From NCBI RefSeq assembly GCF_006345805.1, contig NW_021826229.1:1-35956 (forward strand): a stretch of 35,956 nt of DNA, in the 5' to 3' direction. The notes beneath the pieces are model-generated. The model was not told the origin of the DNA, ran no database searches, and was given only the letters and a program-made list of their open reading frames with translations. Source of the DNA: Octopus sinensis. Taxonomy: Eukaryota. The position numbers and the translations under genes were made by a program. This document shows, piece after piece, positions 13,095-24,215 of this stretch (position 1 is the stretch's first letter; every line of letters begins with the position of its first letter).

Positions 13095-13469
13095 TTGTTT
13101 GTTTGTTCGTTGAGCGAAGCGGTCTTCGTCCCATTAGTGGGAGAAGTCCGAAACGCGACCCTTTGCTATTCGTAAGACCCGCAGAAGAGAAAGCAGGTCA
13201 ACCCCCGACACCGAGAGCATCGACGGATGGATGAATGCGCATCCAGGCTCAGCGGTTGCGTAGGAAGTCGGGGACGAGAAACAAGAAGAAAGAGTGAGAG
13301 AAAGTTGGAGCGAAAGAGTACAACAGGGACGCCACCACCCCTTGCCGGAGCCTCGTGGAGCTTAAGGTGTTTTCGCTCAATAAACACACACAACGCCCGG
13401 TCTGGGAATCGAAACCGTGATCCTCCGACCGCGAGTCCGCTGCCCTAACCACAGGGCCATTGCGCCTCC
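13095..13469 (-). mobile_element. SINE group A variant (copy 3): group A head with a different 3' half, (AAAC)n tail
   Basis: Reverse complement begins GGAGGCGCAATGGCCCTGTGGTTAGGGCAGCGGACTCGCGGTC, aligns to A1/A2 until about 13277, then becomes unrelated sequence. Confidence 0.85.
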
Positions 13470-13794
13470 GTGTTATTGCTGTTGTTATTGTTGTTGTCAT
13501 TGTCTTACATTACTAAATCCATTTATTGCAGTTTAGCAAGGGCCCTCTCCAAGCAGACATGATCCAAGACATTCCAGCGATGGCCTTCCAATTTTCTTCC
13601 TTCCCTACGCTAAGGGATCCAAGATCTCAGAAACCAGATCCCAGGACCACTTTCACCAAAGAGCATCCTGCCAATCCCGATTTCCGTTATGTCTCTGAAA
13701 CGGAACGATGTGACTTCAGGAGAGGATTGTCTACCATATCTTGCAGCCCATGCGGACCATATAGAAACTCCATTCACGCATAATTGCATTTGAT

Positions 13795-14054
13795 GGTGAT
13801 GGTGGCGGCGGTGGTGGTGGTGGTGGTTTGTGGTGGTGGTGGTGGTGGTGGTGGCGGCGGCGGCGGTTGTGGCGGTGGTGGTGGTGGCGGCGGCGGCGGC
13901 ATAGGCGGCATAGGCGGCGGCAGCGGCGGCGGCGGCGGCGGCGGTGGTGGTGGTGGTGGTGGTGGTAGTGGTGACGATGCTGCTGCTGATGAGGATCATG
14001 GTGATGATCATGACGACGACGACGACGATGATGATGATGACGACGATGTTGATG

Positions 14055-14116
<62 letters not shown>

Positions 14117-14330
14117 GATGCTGATGACGACGAAGACAACACCGACGATGATGACGTTATTGTTATTACTGATATTGCCGTTAATTACGTCACTTTTTTT
14201 TGTTTTGTTTTTTGGAACCACTGTAATTACTGTTGTTGTTGTTGGTGTTGTTGTTCAATTATAATTGTTGCTGTTGCTGTTGTTGTTATTGTTGATGTTA
14301 TTGTCGTCATCATCGTCGTCGTCGTCGTCG
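13795..14330. repeat. Compound trinucleotide array (GGT/GGC, then GAT/GAC, then TGT/CGT)
   Basis: Direct inspection. Confidence 0.9.
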
Positions 14331-14390
14331 TTTCACGGTCTCACTGATGCCCTTAGTTTGTTGTTTTTTCGCTGACTTTTCGGCCCAACT

Positions 14391-14392
<2 letters not shown>

Positions 14393-14455
<63 letters not shown>

Positions 14456-14479
14456 CATCATCGTCATCATCGTCATCAC

Positions 14480-14518
<39 letters not shown>

Positions 14519-14528
14519 AATCATCATC

Positions 14529-14590
<62 letters not shown>

Positions 14591-14602
14591 CATCATCATC
14601 AT

Positions 14603-14636
<34 letters not shown>

Positions 14637-14716
14637 GTCATCACCATCATCATCATCATCATCATCATCACTATCATCACCATCATCATCATCATCATCA
14701 TCAATCATCATCATCA

Positions 14717-14787
<71 letters not shown>

Positions 14788-14805
14788 CATCATCACTATC
14801 ATCAC

Positions 14806-14887
<82 letters not shown>

Positions 14888-14904
14888 GTCATCATCGTCA
14901 TCAC

Positions 14905-14936
<32 letters not shown>

Positions 14937-14960
14937 ATCATCATCATAATCATCATCATC

Positions 14961-14992
<32 letters not shown>

Positions 14993-15001
14993 CATCATCA
15001 T

Positions 15002-15055
<54 letters not shown>

Positions 15056-15072
15056 CATCATCTCATCATCAC

Positions 15073-15140
<68 letters not shown>

Positions 15141-15154
15141 CCCTCATCATCATC

Positions 15155-15186
<32 letters not shown>

Positions 15187-15236
15187 CATCATCACTATCA
15201 TCATCACCCTCATCATCATCATCATCATCATCATCA
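14393..15236. repeat. Long interrupted (CAT)n microsatellite, about 840 bp
   Basis: Direct inspection; recurrent CAC, CGT, CTA and AAT variants. Confidence 0.95.
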
Positions 15237-15536
15237 TTATTATTACTATTATTATTATTATTATTATTATTATGTGTGTGTGTCTATGCTTGAATGTAGT
15301 AGTAGTAGTAGTAGTTGTTGTTGTTGTGTTTAGGTGACTCTAACCAAAAGAGACAAAATGTGCGTGATAGCTCCACAGTTATAACTGTCAAAGCTGTCTT
15401 AGCTTGTCAGCCATAATACATACACACACATATATATACATATATATATATATATGTATATATATGTATCTATATACATATATATACATATATATACATA
15501 CATGCATGCATACATACATATATATATAATATATAG

Positions 15537-15568
<32 letters not shown>

Positions 15569-15604
15569 CATTAACATACATATATATGTGTATATATATA
15601 TAGG

Positions 15605-15637
<33 letters not shown>

Positions 15638-15659
15638 ATATATATACATATATAAATCT

Positions 15660-16025
15660 GTAGCCATGGACAAATGGAGATGACAAAATTATGCTCAGTG
15701 AAGAATCTCCACTAATTACCAATCCGGAAGCTTGCCATTAGCTCGCTATTACAGTCGGAACATGAACGCATCCGTTTACTGCTTGCAGCCGCCGCCAGGG
15801 CGCGCTCCTCTCGCGGACAATTACGTTTAATTTGATGCTAATTATTTCATTTGAAACTTTACTTTCGTGACTCACGTGTGTTTTCTTTTAGATGTGATCG
15901 CTTCACCATTCATAACAATTGCTGTAACCAGATCTTCGTTATTTCGGATCCGGTGAAAGAGCTTAAAGCAGTATTCAGGCGCCCGCTTGGGCCAATCGTG
16001 TCTTCTCAATTAGATCACTAGATTT
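15660..16025. promoter_or_regulatory. Candidate cis-regulatory island
   Basis: Complex, CpG-containing sequence between microsatellites, with CCAAT next to CCGGAAG, overlapping TGACTCA/CACGTG, several TAATTA/TAATT sites and a second CCAAT. Motif presence only. Confidence 0.35.
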
Positions 16026-16149
16026 CTCTTTCTCTAGTTGTCTCTCTCTCTCTTTCTCTCTCTATCTCTCCCCACCTCTCTCTCTCTCTCTATCCATCAA
16101 TCACACTATCTCTTTATTCTCAATTTTTCTGGTCTCTCATTCATTTAGT

Positions 16150-16196
<47 letters not shown>

Positions 16197-16722
16197 ACTC
16201 TCTCTCTCTCTATCCGTCTCACACATACAAACTCTCACGCACATATACACACGCATATAATCACTATCTCTCTCTCTCATATTCTCACGTTTTTCTCCTT
16301 TTATTTTTTGCTCTCGCTCTTTCAGGTAAACTCCCTTCGTCTCTCTCTCTCTCTCTCTCTCACTTTCTCTTCAACCTTTCTCTTTCTCACACATACACAC
16401 ACACACACATGCACGCACAAGCATATACACACCTGAACGGCACCCATGCTATTCCCATCTCTCCGTTTCTCTCTCTCTGCCTCTCTGTGTCCCTCTCCCT
16501 CTCTCCCTCTGGCTCCCTACCCCTCTCTCAATCCCTCAGTGTTACTTACTCTCTATTATTCATTCCCTCTCACTTTCCCTCGCACTTTCCTACTCTTCAC
16601 TCTCCTTCTCACACGCAGATTCTATTCACATCTATCTCCATCTCTCACATTTCCTAATTTTCCTCATAAGTTTTCTCTGTCCACGTCTCCTTCAGTTATT
16701 TCTTAGACTTTCCTCTTTTCTT

Positions 16723-16760
<38 letters not shown>

Positions 16761-16850
16761 CCAATCCTCTCTCTTTCTCCCTCTTCTTCTACCCACTTCT
16801 TCTTCTTCCATCCTCTCTCTCCCTATTTAATTCTTCGCTTCTACCTGGTT
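16025..16850. repeat. Polypyrimidine (CT)n-rich low-complexity tract
   Basis: Direct inspection. Confidence 0.85.
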
Positions 16851-16941
16851 CGTTTCTATCTCGTCTTGCACGCCACATCAGATAACTGGGTAACTGACGG
16901 AAAAAACAGAAAAAGAAGGAAATTAAGACTTAGAGAGACAT

Positions 16942-16978
<37 letters not shown>

Positions 16979-17144
16979 GAGGGACGGAGAGAGAACGAGA
17001 GGCTGAGTAGACGGCGAGGAATCAGAATCACGAACAAAGATGGAGTGACAGAACGCGGGTCGACAACCAAATACACGTGTGCATGCAGTTATGTGTGTGT
17101 GTGAGTGTGTGTGTATGTATGTATGGGTGTTTGTATATGTGTGT

Positions 17145-17381
17145 GTACGTGTATACACATCCCTATGTATATATATGTATCTCTATATGTATGTATGTAT
17201 GTATGTGTATGTACGTGTATACACATCCCTTTGTATATATGTATCTCTATATGTATGTATGTATGTATGTATGTGTATGTACGTGTATACACATCCCTTT
17301 GTATATATGTATCTATATATGTATGTATGTATGTATGTATGTGTATGTACGTGTATACACATCCCTATGTATATATGTATC

Positions 17382-17415
<34 letters not shown>

Positions 17416-17420
17416 TGTAT
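17145..17420. repeat. 66-68 bp minisatellite, 4 units, built from TA/TATG microsatellite
   Basis: Units GTACGTGTATACACATCCCT(A/T)TGTATATA... start at 17145, 17211, 17279 and 17347. Confidence 0.9.
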
Positions 17421-17649
17421 GCATGTATGTATGTATATATATATGTATATGAGAATGTCTCTATAAATTTACCTATTGATGTATATAGGCATCTACGTGG
17501 ACGGAAATATATATATAAGATAATAACAAATAGATACAGACTTCCGTAAAGGTATACATGACCTATGTACAATACATACGTTTATACACTCACACCCATA
17601 CATAATACATCCATACATACATACACACATACACACACATATATATACA

Positions 17650-17683
<34 letters not shown>

Positions 17684-17689
17684 CATACA

Positions 17690-17721
<32 letters not shown>

Positions 17722-17797
17722 CATACATACATACACACATATATACATATACAGGGATATATCTGAATGTATGCGTGATTATACATACATATATATA

Positions 17798-17849
<52 letters not shown>

Positions 17850-17992
17850 CATATATATACACGTGTATGTGAGTATGTATGTATGTATACATGTTTATAT
17901 ATTATATATCATATACATACATACATACACACACATATATACATACACATGGATATATCTGAATGCATGCGTGATTATACTTACATACATAC

Positions 17993-18070
<78 letters not shown>

Positions 18071-19592
18071 TATTATATATATATTATAATCTATATTATA
18101 TATATATATATAACGTGTGTGTGTGTGTGTGGTGTGTATGTATACATGTTTATATATTATATATAATATATATGTGAGTACATGCGTTTGTGTGATTCTT
18201 TTTGTTTGTATATGTATGTGTATGTATATGCGTATGCGTGTATGTGTGTATGTATATATGTTTGTACGTGCACGTACGTGTGTGTGAGTATTTGTGCATG
18301 TGTGTGTGCGAGTGTGTACGGAAATTCGAATCTAAGAAGAAAGAGAAGATGGAGCCATACAGTGATAAAGTTGAAGAGGGAAGCAGGAAAGGGAGGTAAG
18401 CGAATCCTTTAATAGTGTGGATTACATAAAGAAACAGAGAGAGGGAGTGGAAGTCGGAGATTTTGGAGACAGAGGGCGGAGAGGAGAAGAGCGAATGTGA
18501 GAGAGGGAAGGAGGGAGTAGGAAGAGAGAGTATTTAAAGAAGAGAAGAACGTTAACACAGATATCTTAAATGACACAGATGCATGTGTATGTATATCTAT
18601 ATATGTAACTGATAGTTTGAATGTTTGTGTATATGTGTGGCTGTATATGTTGTGTTTGTGTGTGCCTTGGTGCGAGTGTGTGTGTGCGTGTGTTTGTGTG
18701 TGTTTGTGTGTGAATGTGTATGTATTTATGTGTTGAAATACAGAGTGTATATATGGGTATGTGTGTGTGTGTGTGAATGTGTATGTAACTGTGGAAAGAC
18801 AGAGTGTATATATGTGTACATGTGTGTGCGTGTGTGTGTGAATGTGTGTGTATTTATATGTGGAAAGGGAGTGTGTATGTGTGTGTAACACATGTGTATG
18901 TCTGTGTTTGTGCGTGTGTCTGTGTATGTGTGTGCGTGTATGTGTGTGTGAATGTGTGTGCATCTGTGGAAAGACAGAGTGTATATATATATAATATATA
19001 TATGTGTGTATATGTGTACATATGCGTGCGTGTGTGTTTGTGAGCGTGTGTGTGAATGTGTATGTATTTATATGTGGAAAGGGAGTGTGTATATGTGTGT
19101 AACGCATGTGTATGTCTGTGTGTGTGCGCGTGTGTGTGTGTGTGTGAGCGTATGGATGCGTTTATATATCGAGTGATAGGGAATGAGACAGAGCAACGTA
19201 TGCCTACATACGGATACACACACATACGCGCACACACACTTACATACTCACACACGTACACACACGCACATGCACACACATACTCACTCACAAGTGCGCA
19301 CACACATACACAAAGGATGAGAGAAACGGCAGAATTTAAGAATAAAGGTTCACGTTACAACAAAGACTCTTATATTCTTGTGTGACAGTTTCAAAAAAAG
19401 GTTATCGCTGTTTGTTTTATACATGTATGTGTGGTATGTGTGTGTATGAGTGTACGTGCGTGTGTGTATGAGTGTATGTGTGTGTGCGTACGTGCGTGTG
19501 TGTGCGTGTGTATATATGTATGCATGTATGTATGTGTGCCTCTTTATTTGGATGCATATACTTATGTGTGCATATACTATCTCTCTCTATAT

Positions 19593-19626
<34 letters not shown>

Positions 19627-19659
19627 GTATATATATATAGATAGAGAGAGAGAGAGAGG

Positions 19660-19723
<64 letters not shown>

Positions 19724-19889
19724 CAGATAGACAGATAGCTAGATGGATGGACAGACGGACGGTGGACAGACGGACACACACAGACATACAGACAGACAGG
19801 TAGATAGATAGATTTACGTATACGTGAATATTTCTTTTGTAAGTGTACATATATGTATTTTGTGCATTTGTGTTATGTGTGTGTGTGTA

Positions 19890-19932
<43 letters not shown>

Positions 19933-20471
19933 AGAGACGTATGTGTAATCGTAAAGTTAGGTGTGTGCTTTCGGTGAATAGAGTCTGTGCTGCTACTGAT
20001 GAATGCGTGAAGGTGAGTTTGTATGGAGAACAGGTGCCAATGGTTAACCAAAGCAGTGTGGGAAAAAGTTAAAGGAGAGTTAGGGACCCGGATGAAAGGA
20101 TAGTGGGCAATAATGTGGGAGAAGTGAGAGGAAAGATATCAGAGGGAGAAAGGTGGGGGGATGACGTTGGGAAAAGGAGAAAGATAGAGAAGAATAGAGA
20201 AAGGGGAAGAGGAGATATGTGAAAGACGAGAGGTCAAAGAAAGAAAAAGAAGGATAAGCAAAAAGAGAGAACGGGGTCGATGGGAGAAAGAGTGAGAAGT
20301 GAAAGAAGGTAAAGTGTGAAATTGAGATATATAGAAAGAGAGACTTGTAAAAGAGGCTGAAAGGGAAAAGGATGAGAAAGTAGAGAGAATAAATATGGCG
20401 GGTGGTGGCGTGAAGCCCAAGGGTAGATAACTGTATTACTAGGGGCAGATAATCATATACAAGTTTATCAT

Positions 20472-20913
20472 GCCTATTTGTTTACCTCCCACAAACACAG
20501 AGGAGACAAACAAGGACAGACAAACGGATTAAGTCGATTATATCGACCCCAGTGCGTAACGGGTACTTAATTTATCGACCCCGAATGGATGAAAGGCAAA
20601 GTTGAACTCAGAACGTAACGGCAGACGAAATACGACTACGCATTTCGCCCGGCTTGCTAACGTTTCTTATTTCTTTATTGCCCACAAGGGGCGAAACATA
20701 GAGGGGACAAACAAGGACAGACAAACGGATTAAGTTGATTATATCGACCCCAGTGCGTAACTGGTACTTAATTTATCGACCCCGAAAGGATGGAATGCAA
20801 AGTCGACCTCGGCGGAATTTGAACTCGGAACGTAACGGCAGACGTAACGGCAGACGAAATACGGCTACGCATTTCGCCCGGTGTGCTAACGTTTCTGCCA
20901 GCTCGCCGCCTTC
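20472..20913 (-). mobile_element. Head-to-tail dimer of SINE group C (Nin/Deu-like domain)
   Basis: Two monomers joined at about 20680-20690. 15-bp TSD ATACAAGTTTATCAT at 20457-20471 and 20914-20928. Confidence 0.92.
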
Positions 20914-21447
20914 ATACAAGTTTATCATCCCATTGAACGGACGTGTGGATAAGGTAGGATAGAAATAAAATTAAGTGTGTTAGAGGGAGTGTACGAGATA
21001 TACAATAATTGACTGTAAGCGAGCAGATCTGTAATCAAAGACATTCCTTCTCTGACTATCCCGTGTATTTTCTCAACAAGTTTTCCCGGATTATATAACG
21101 TCTTCCTTTTTTAGGCGGTATATTGTGGTTTGAGGGAGATTTGGTTGCTATTTCTCCTTCTAACAAATGGTTTCGTAACGTTAAGTAAGTGGCGATTAGC
21201 GTGTAAGTTTAAGAGCAACAAGTTAGGAGTGAAATGTTACAGAACTGCTAAAAAAGACTCTAAATAGGATGAAATATTTTTTAGTTATATTTGGCTGCTA
21301 TTTCCATCCTCTAATTGCTTTCGTAACCTTAAACAAGAGGCGATAAAAATCACAAGTGATCTGTGTTTAAACTTCACGATTAGCTAACTGAACCTTTTTT
21401 AAGTTTTTTTGGGGTTTTTTTTTACCTATTGACCCCTTAAACCTTAA

Positions 21448-21512
21448 ATCCTTAAAAATGTTTCAGCCCGAAAGCTGCGGTCATGCTGGGGCACCGCCGT
21501 TGATTGTGCTAC
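21448..21512 (-). mobile_element. SINE group D 3'-end fragment
   Basis: Reverse complement GGCGGTGCCCCAGCATGACCGCAGC...GCTGAAACA. Confidence 0.7.
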
Positions 21513-21789
21513 ACTAGTACGTGAAACCCCTCTGATACGTGGCACTTGGTCAACGAGGGATTTCGACGCCGCTGCCCGCATCTGTGTTTCCTGCCGAGAG
21601 GTAGGCTCATCTGGAACCCCCTGACAAGAAGAGATCTGGTGGACCCTGGTGCTACTCAATGTTTAAAAGCTAGTTTTATAGATACCTTTTCTCGAAATTC
21701 TTATTTCGCTTTTCACACATTCACCTGTGTAGGCTTGCAATAGAACTCTCCGAGAGAACATGTTTCAGTGGCCAGAAACATGTTGAACT

Positions 21790-21860
21790 ATTCCAAAAGT
21801 GGCAAGAACTCTGGAACCGGTGAATTGCAGGCGCAAGGTGACTATTTCGGAGATGATGTT
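21790..21860 (+). mobile_element. Short mariner transposase C-terminal remnant
   Basis: With one frameshift reads LFQKWQELWNR*IA-QGDYFGDD, resembling the mariner terminal WxxCIxxxGxYF motif. Confidence 0.55.
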
Positions 21861-21874
21861 AAACCTTAAGTAAA

Positions 21875-22094
21875 TAAGTAATTTTTCATTATACATATCT
21901 AGTACGGGAACCTTTTTTATACCGTCTCGTAAGACATGGTTGTTTCCTGCAATAGATACATCTAAAGTAAAAAAATTTTCATGGATATTTAAAATACAAT
22001 CGTGGATCCCCAATTTACTGTTTTGTTTGTGTGGACTACCAGAGATCTTATATGAACCCCGACGATCCATATGGACGTCTGTTGAGAACCATTG
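21875..22094 (+). mobile_element. hAT-like MITE remnant (one end)
   Basis: Ends GTTGAGAACCATTG (reverse complement CAATGGTTCTCAAC); the subterminal ATCTTATATG...CATATGGAC resembles the 34658-34897 element. Confidence 0.55.
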
Positions 22095-22116
22095 GGTTAA
22101 ATGGTTAACTAACATA

Positions 22117-22508
22117 GGCGTAGGAGTGGCTGTGTGGTAAGTAGCTTGCTTATGAACCACATGGTTCCGGGTTCAGTCCCACTGCGTGGCATCTTGGGCA
22201 TGTGTCTTCTACTATAGCCTCGGGCCGACCAAAGCCTTGTGAGTAGATATGGTAGACGGAAACTGAAAGAAGCCTGTCGTATGTTATGTATATATTTGTA
22301 CGTGTGTGTGTGTATGTTTGTGTGGCTGAGTTTTTCCCCCAACATCGCTTGACAATCGACGCTGGTGTGTTTACGTCCCCATAACTTAGCGGTTCGACAA
22401 AAGAGAACGATAGAATAAGTACTAGTCTTACAAAGAATAAGTCCTGGGGTCGATTTGCTCGACTAAAGGCGGTGCTCCAGCATAGTCAAAGCCAAATGGA
22501 TGAAACAA
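22117..22508 (+). mobile_element. tRNA-derived SINE, group D, near full length
   Basis: Head GGAGTGGCTGTGTGGTAAG...GGTTCAGTCCC, internal TA/TG tract, 3' GGCGGTGCTCCAGCAT. Collinear with 27621-28034. Confidence 0.92.
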
Positions 22509-22623
22509 AGCGGGAACAATTTGACAACAACTAGCCGTGTAAGGGTAATTTATCCGGTGTTTTTGTTTTTCTAACGGCATCTTTGCGTTCGAAAAAATAT
22601 CATCTTCTATTTTGTATTGTACA

Positions 22624-22666
<43 letters not shown>

Positions 22667-22675
22667 TATAGATAT

Positions 22676-22742
<67 letters not shown>
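22624..22742. repeat. (GATA)n abutting the Tx1 3' end
   Basis: Direct inspection. Confidence 0.95.
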
Positions 22743-23508
22743 TGTTTCTTTATTAGCCGCACAGGGCTGCACACAGACAGAACAAATTACAAGGTAGAGC
22801 TTTTCTTTTGGGGGTAAAAAAAAGGGGGTTGGTTTTCGATCAAAAGGGATCGTAAAAGGAAAGAAAGAGGACAAAAAAAAGGGGAGGATTTTTTTAAAAA
22901 GGGGGGGGAAAGAAAAGGGGAGAGGAAAAAAAGTTGATCAATAGGGATCGTAATCACAGAAATGTCAATATGAAGTGTAAAGGGGAGGTCACGTGAGGTT
23001 TACCCGTGGAAAGAAAAGCCTGCGGAAAAGACCACGGTAACCTCGGTCAATGAAGTCACATGTTATATTTCTTTCTTTTTTTTGCAAATAAGCAACTCTC
23101 TGTATTAACTTTTACGGTTCATAGAATCATAGTCAAGGTGGCTTCGTCATTCATACGTGCCATCCTTGCTACATTCACCCATCTTTTTTTAAAACATTCA
23201 CTAGACAAAACTTGCCTCTCTACTCTCACTTTCCTCTTCAAGTGATACTTGAAGAAGTTGATGAGAGATTGACCAGAGAGGAAAGTGTTTGTCTCTAATC
23301 CTTTCAGGCGCGTCCACCAGATACATTCTTTTGCCATAGCCACAAGTATGATAAAAATAGCTCTTCCTTCCCGTTTGAAGGAAGGAGGCGTGACGATATT
23401 AACGATAGACTCGGCTGATAAACCGACACGTCCCACACGTGACAGCAGTCGTTCGACATAAGCCCACAGGTCGGAAATTTCTGGACACTGCACGATTGCG
23501 TGCAGCAT
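22743..23508 (-). mobile_element. 5'-truncated L1/Tx1-clade LINE: ORF2 C-terminus plus 3' UTR
   Basis: Uninterrupted 129-codon frame (23119-23508) [14 protein letters not shown]...AKECIWWTR...FFKYHLKRKVRVER...FKKRW, resembling the post-CCHC end of Tx1 ORF2. Pyrimidine-rich UTR ending AATAAAGAAACA then (TATC)n. Confidence 0.85.
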
Positions 23509-23524
23509 AGATAGATAGACTGAC

Positions 23525-23620
<96 letters not shown>
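23508..23620. repeat. (GATA)n between two Tx1 pieces
   Basis: Direct inspection. Confidence 0.95.
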
Positions 23621-23621
<1 letters not shown>

Positions 23622-23700
23622 TGTTTCTTTATTAGCCACACAGGGCTGCATACAGACGGGACAAATTACAGAGTAGAGCTTTTTCTTTTGGGGGGGAGGG
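23621..23700 (-). mobile_element. Second Tx1-family 3' terminus (about 80 bp)
   Basis: Nearly identical to 22743-22815 and also followed by (TATC)n. Confidence 0.9.
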
Positions 23701-23718
23701 TACTATAAGCACCAAGAT

Positions 23719-24215
23719 TGCTAGAAATAAGAGCTAAACGTTCTAATGCTACAGTCAAAGCACTTAATTGCATACATATATGCTGACACGGACCGTAATA
23801 GCCTGAAAAGCAGCGGGCTATCCAGTGGCTAATTCAGGACGATGATCACTCTCAGCATGTATGTCTACGCTACAGAAACCTATGGAGGATTTAGTAAATC
23901 GCTAATGTGTATACAAATAATTTATTAAGGCAGCAGTAAGCAAATGTGTGCCAAAAAGGAAAGCTATATCTGTCATTATATATGGCTGAGGGTGTTATAA
24001 ACACCCACATTACTAGAAATATGACCGCTGATTTTCGGGTTATTACGCTCCCTGTCTGCAGGTATATTTACAATTATGTGCTTTGACTGCAGCATTTGAG
24101 CGTTTAGCTATTATTTCTAGCAATGTAGGTGTTTATTACACCCTCAGTCATGTTTGATGACGGCTATAGTTCTCTTGTTGGTAAATATTTGCTTAATTCT
24201 GCCTTAATAAATTAT
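23719..24215. repeat. Overlapping pair of inverted repeats
   Basis: 23719-23770 pairs with 24071-24122 (52 bp, 5 mismatches). 23917-24021 pairs with 24112-24215 (more diverged). Confidence 0.85.

Noticed and set aside
13526-13783. 85-aa complex-sequence ORF (MQFSKGPLQ...)
   Set aside because: It has a non-ATG start and no recognisable motif, and its 5' part resembles a dispersed repeat also seen at about 21024. A small exon cannot be fully excluded without RNA-seq.
13784-14347. 187-aa Gly/Asp-rich ORF resembling an acidic biomineral or structural protein
   Set aside because: It consists wholly of trinucleotide arrays, overlapping frames are also open, and it has no complex-sequence coding part.
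17145-17420. Regularly spaced repeats superficially like a CRISPR array (also 28790-29005)
   Set aside because: There are no unique spacers or cas genes, and the context is eukaryotic.
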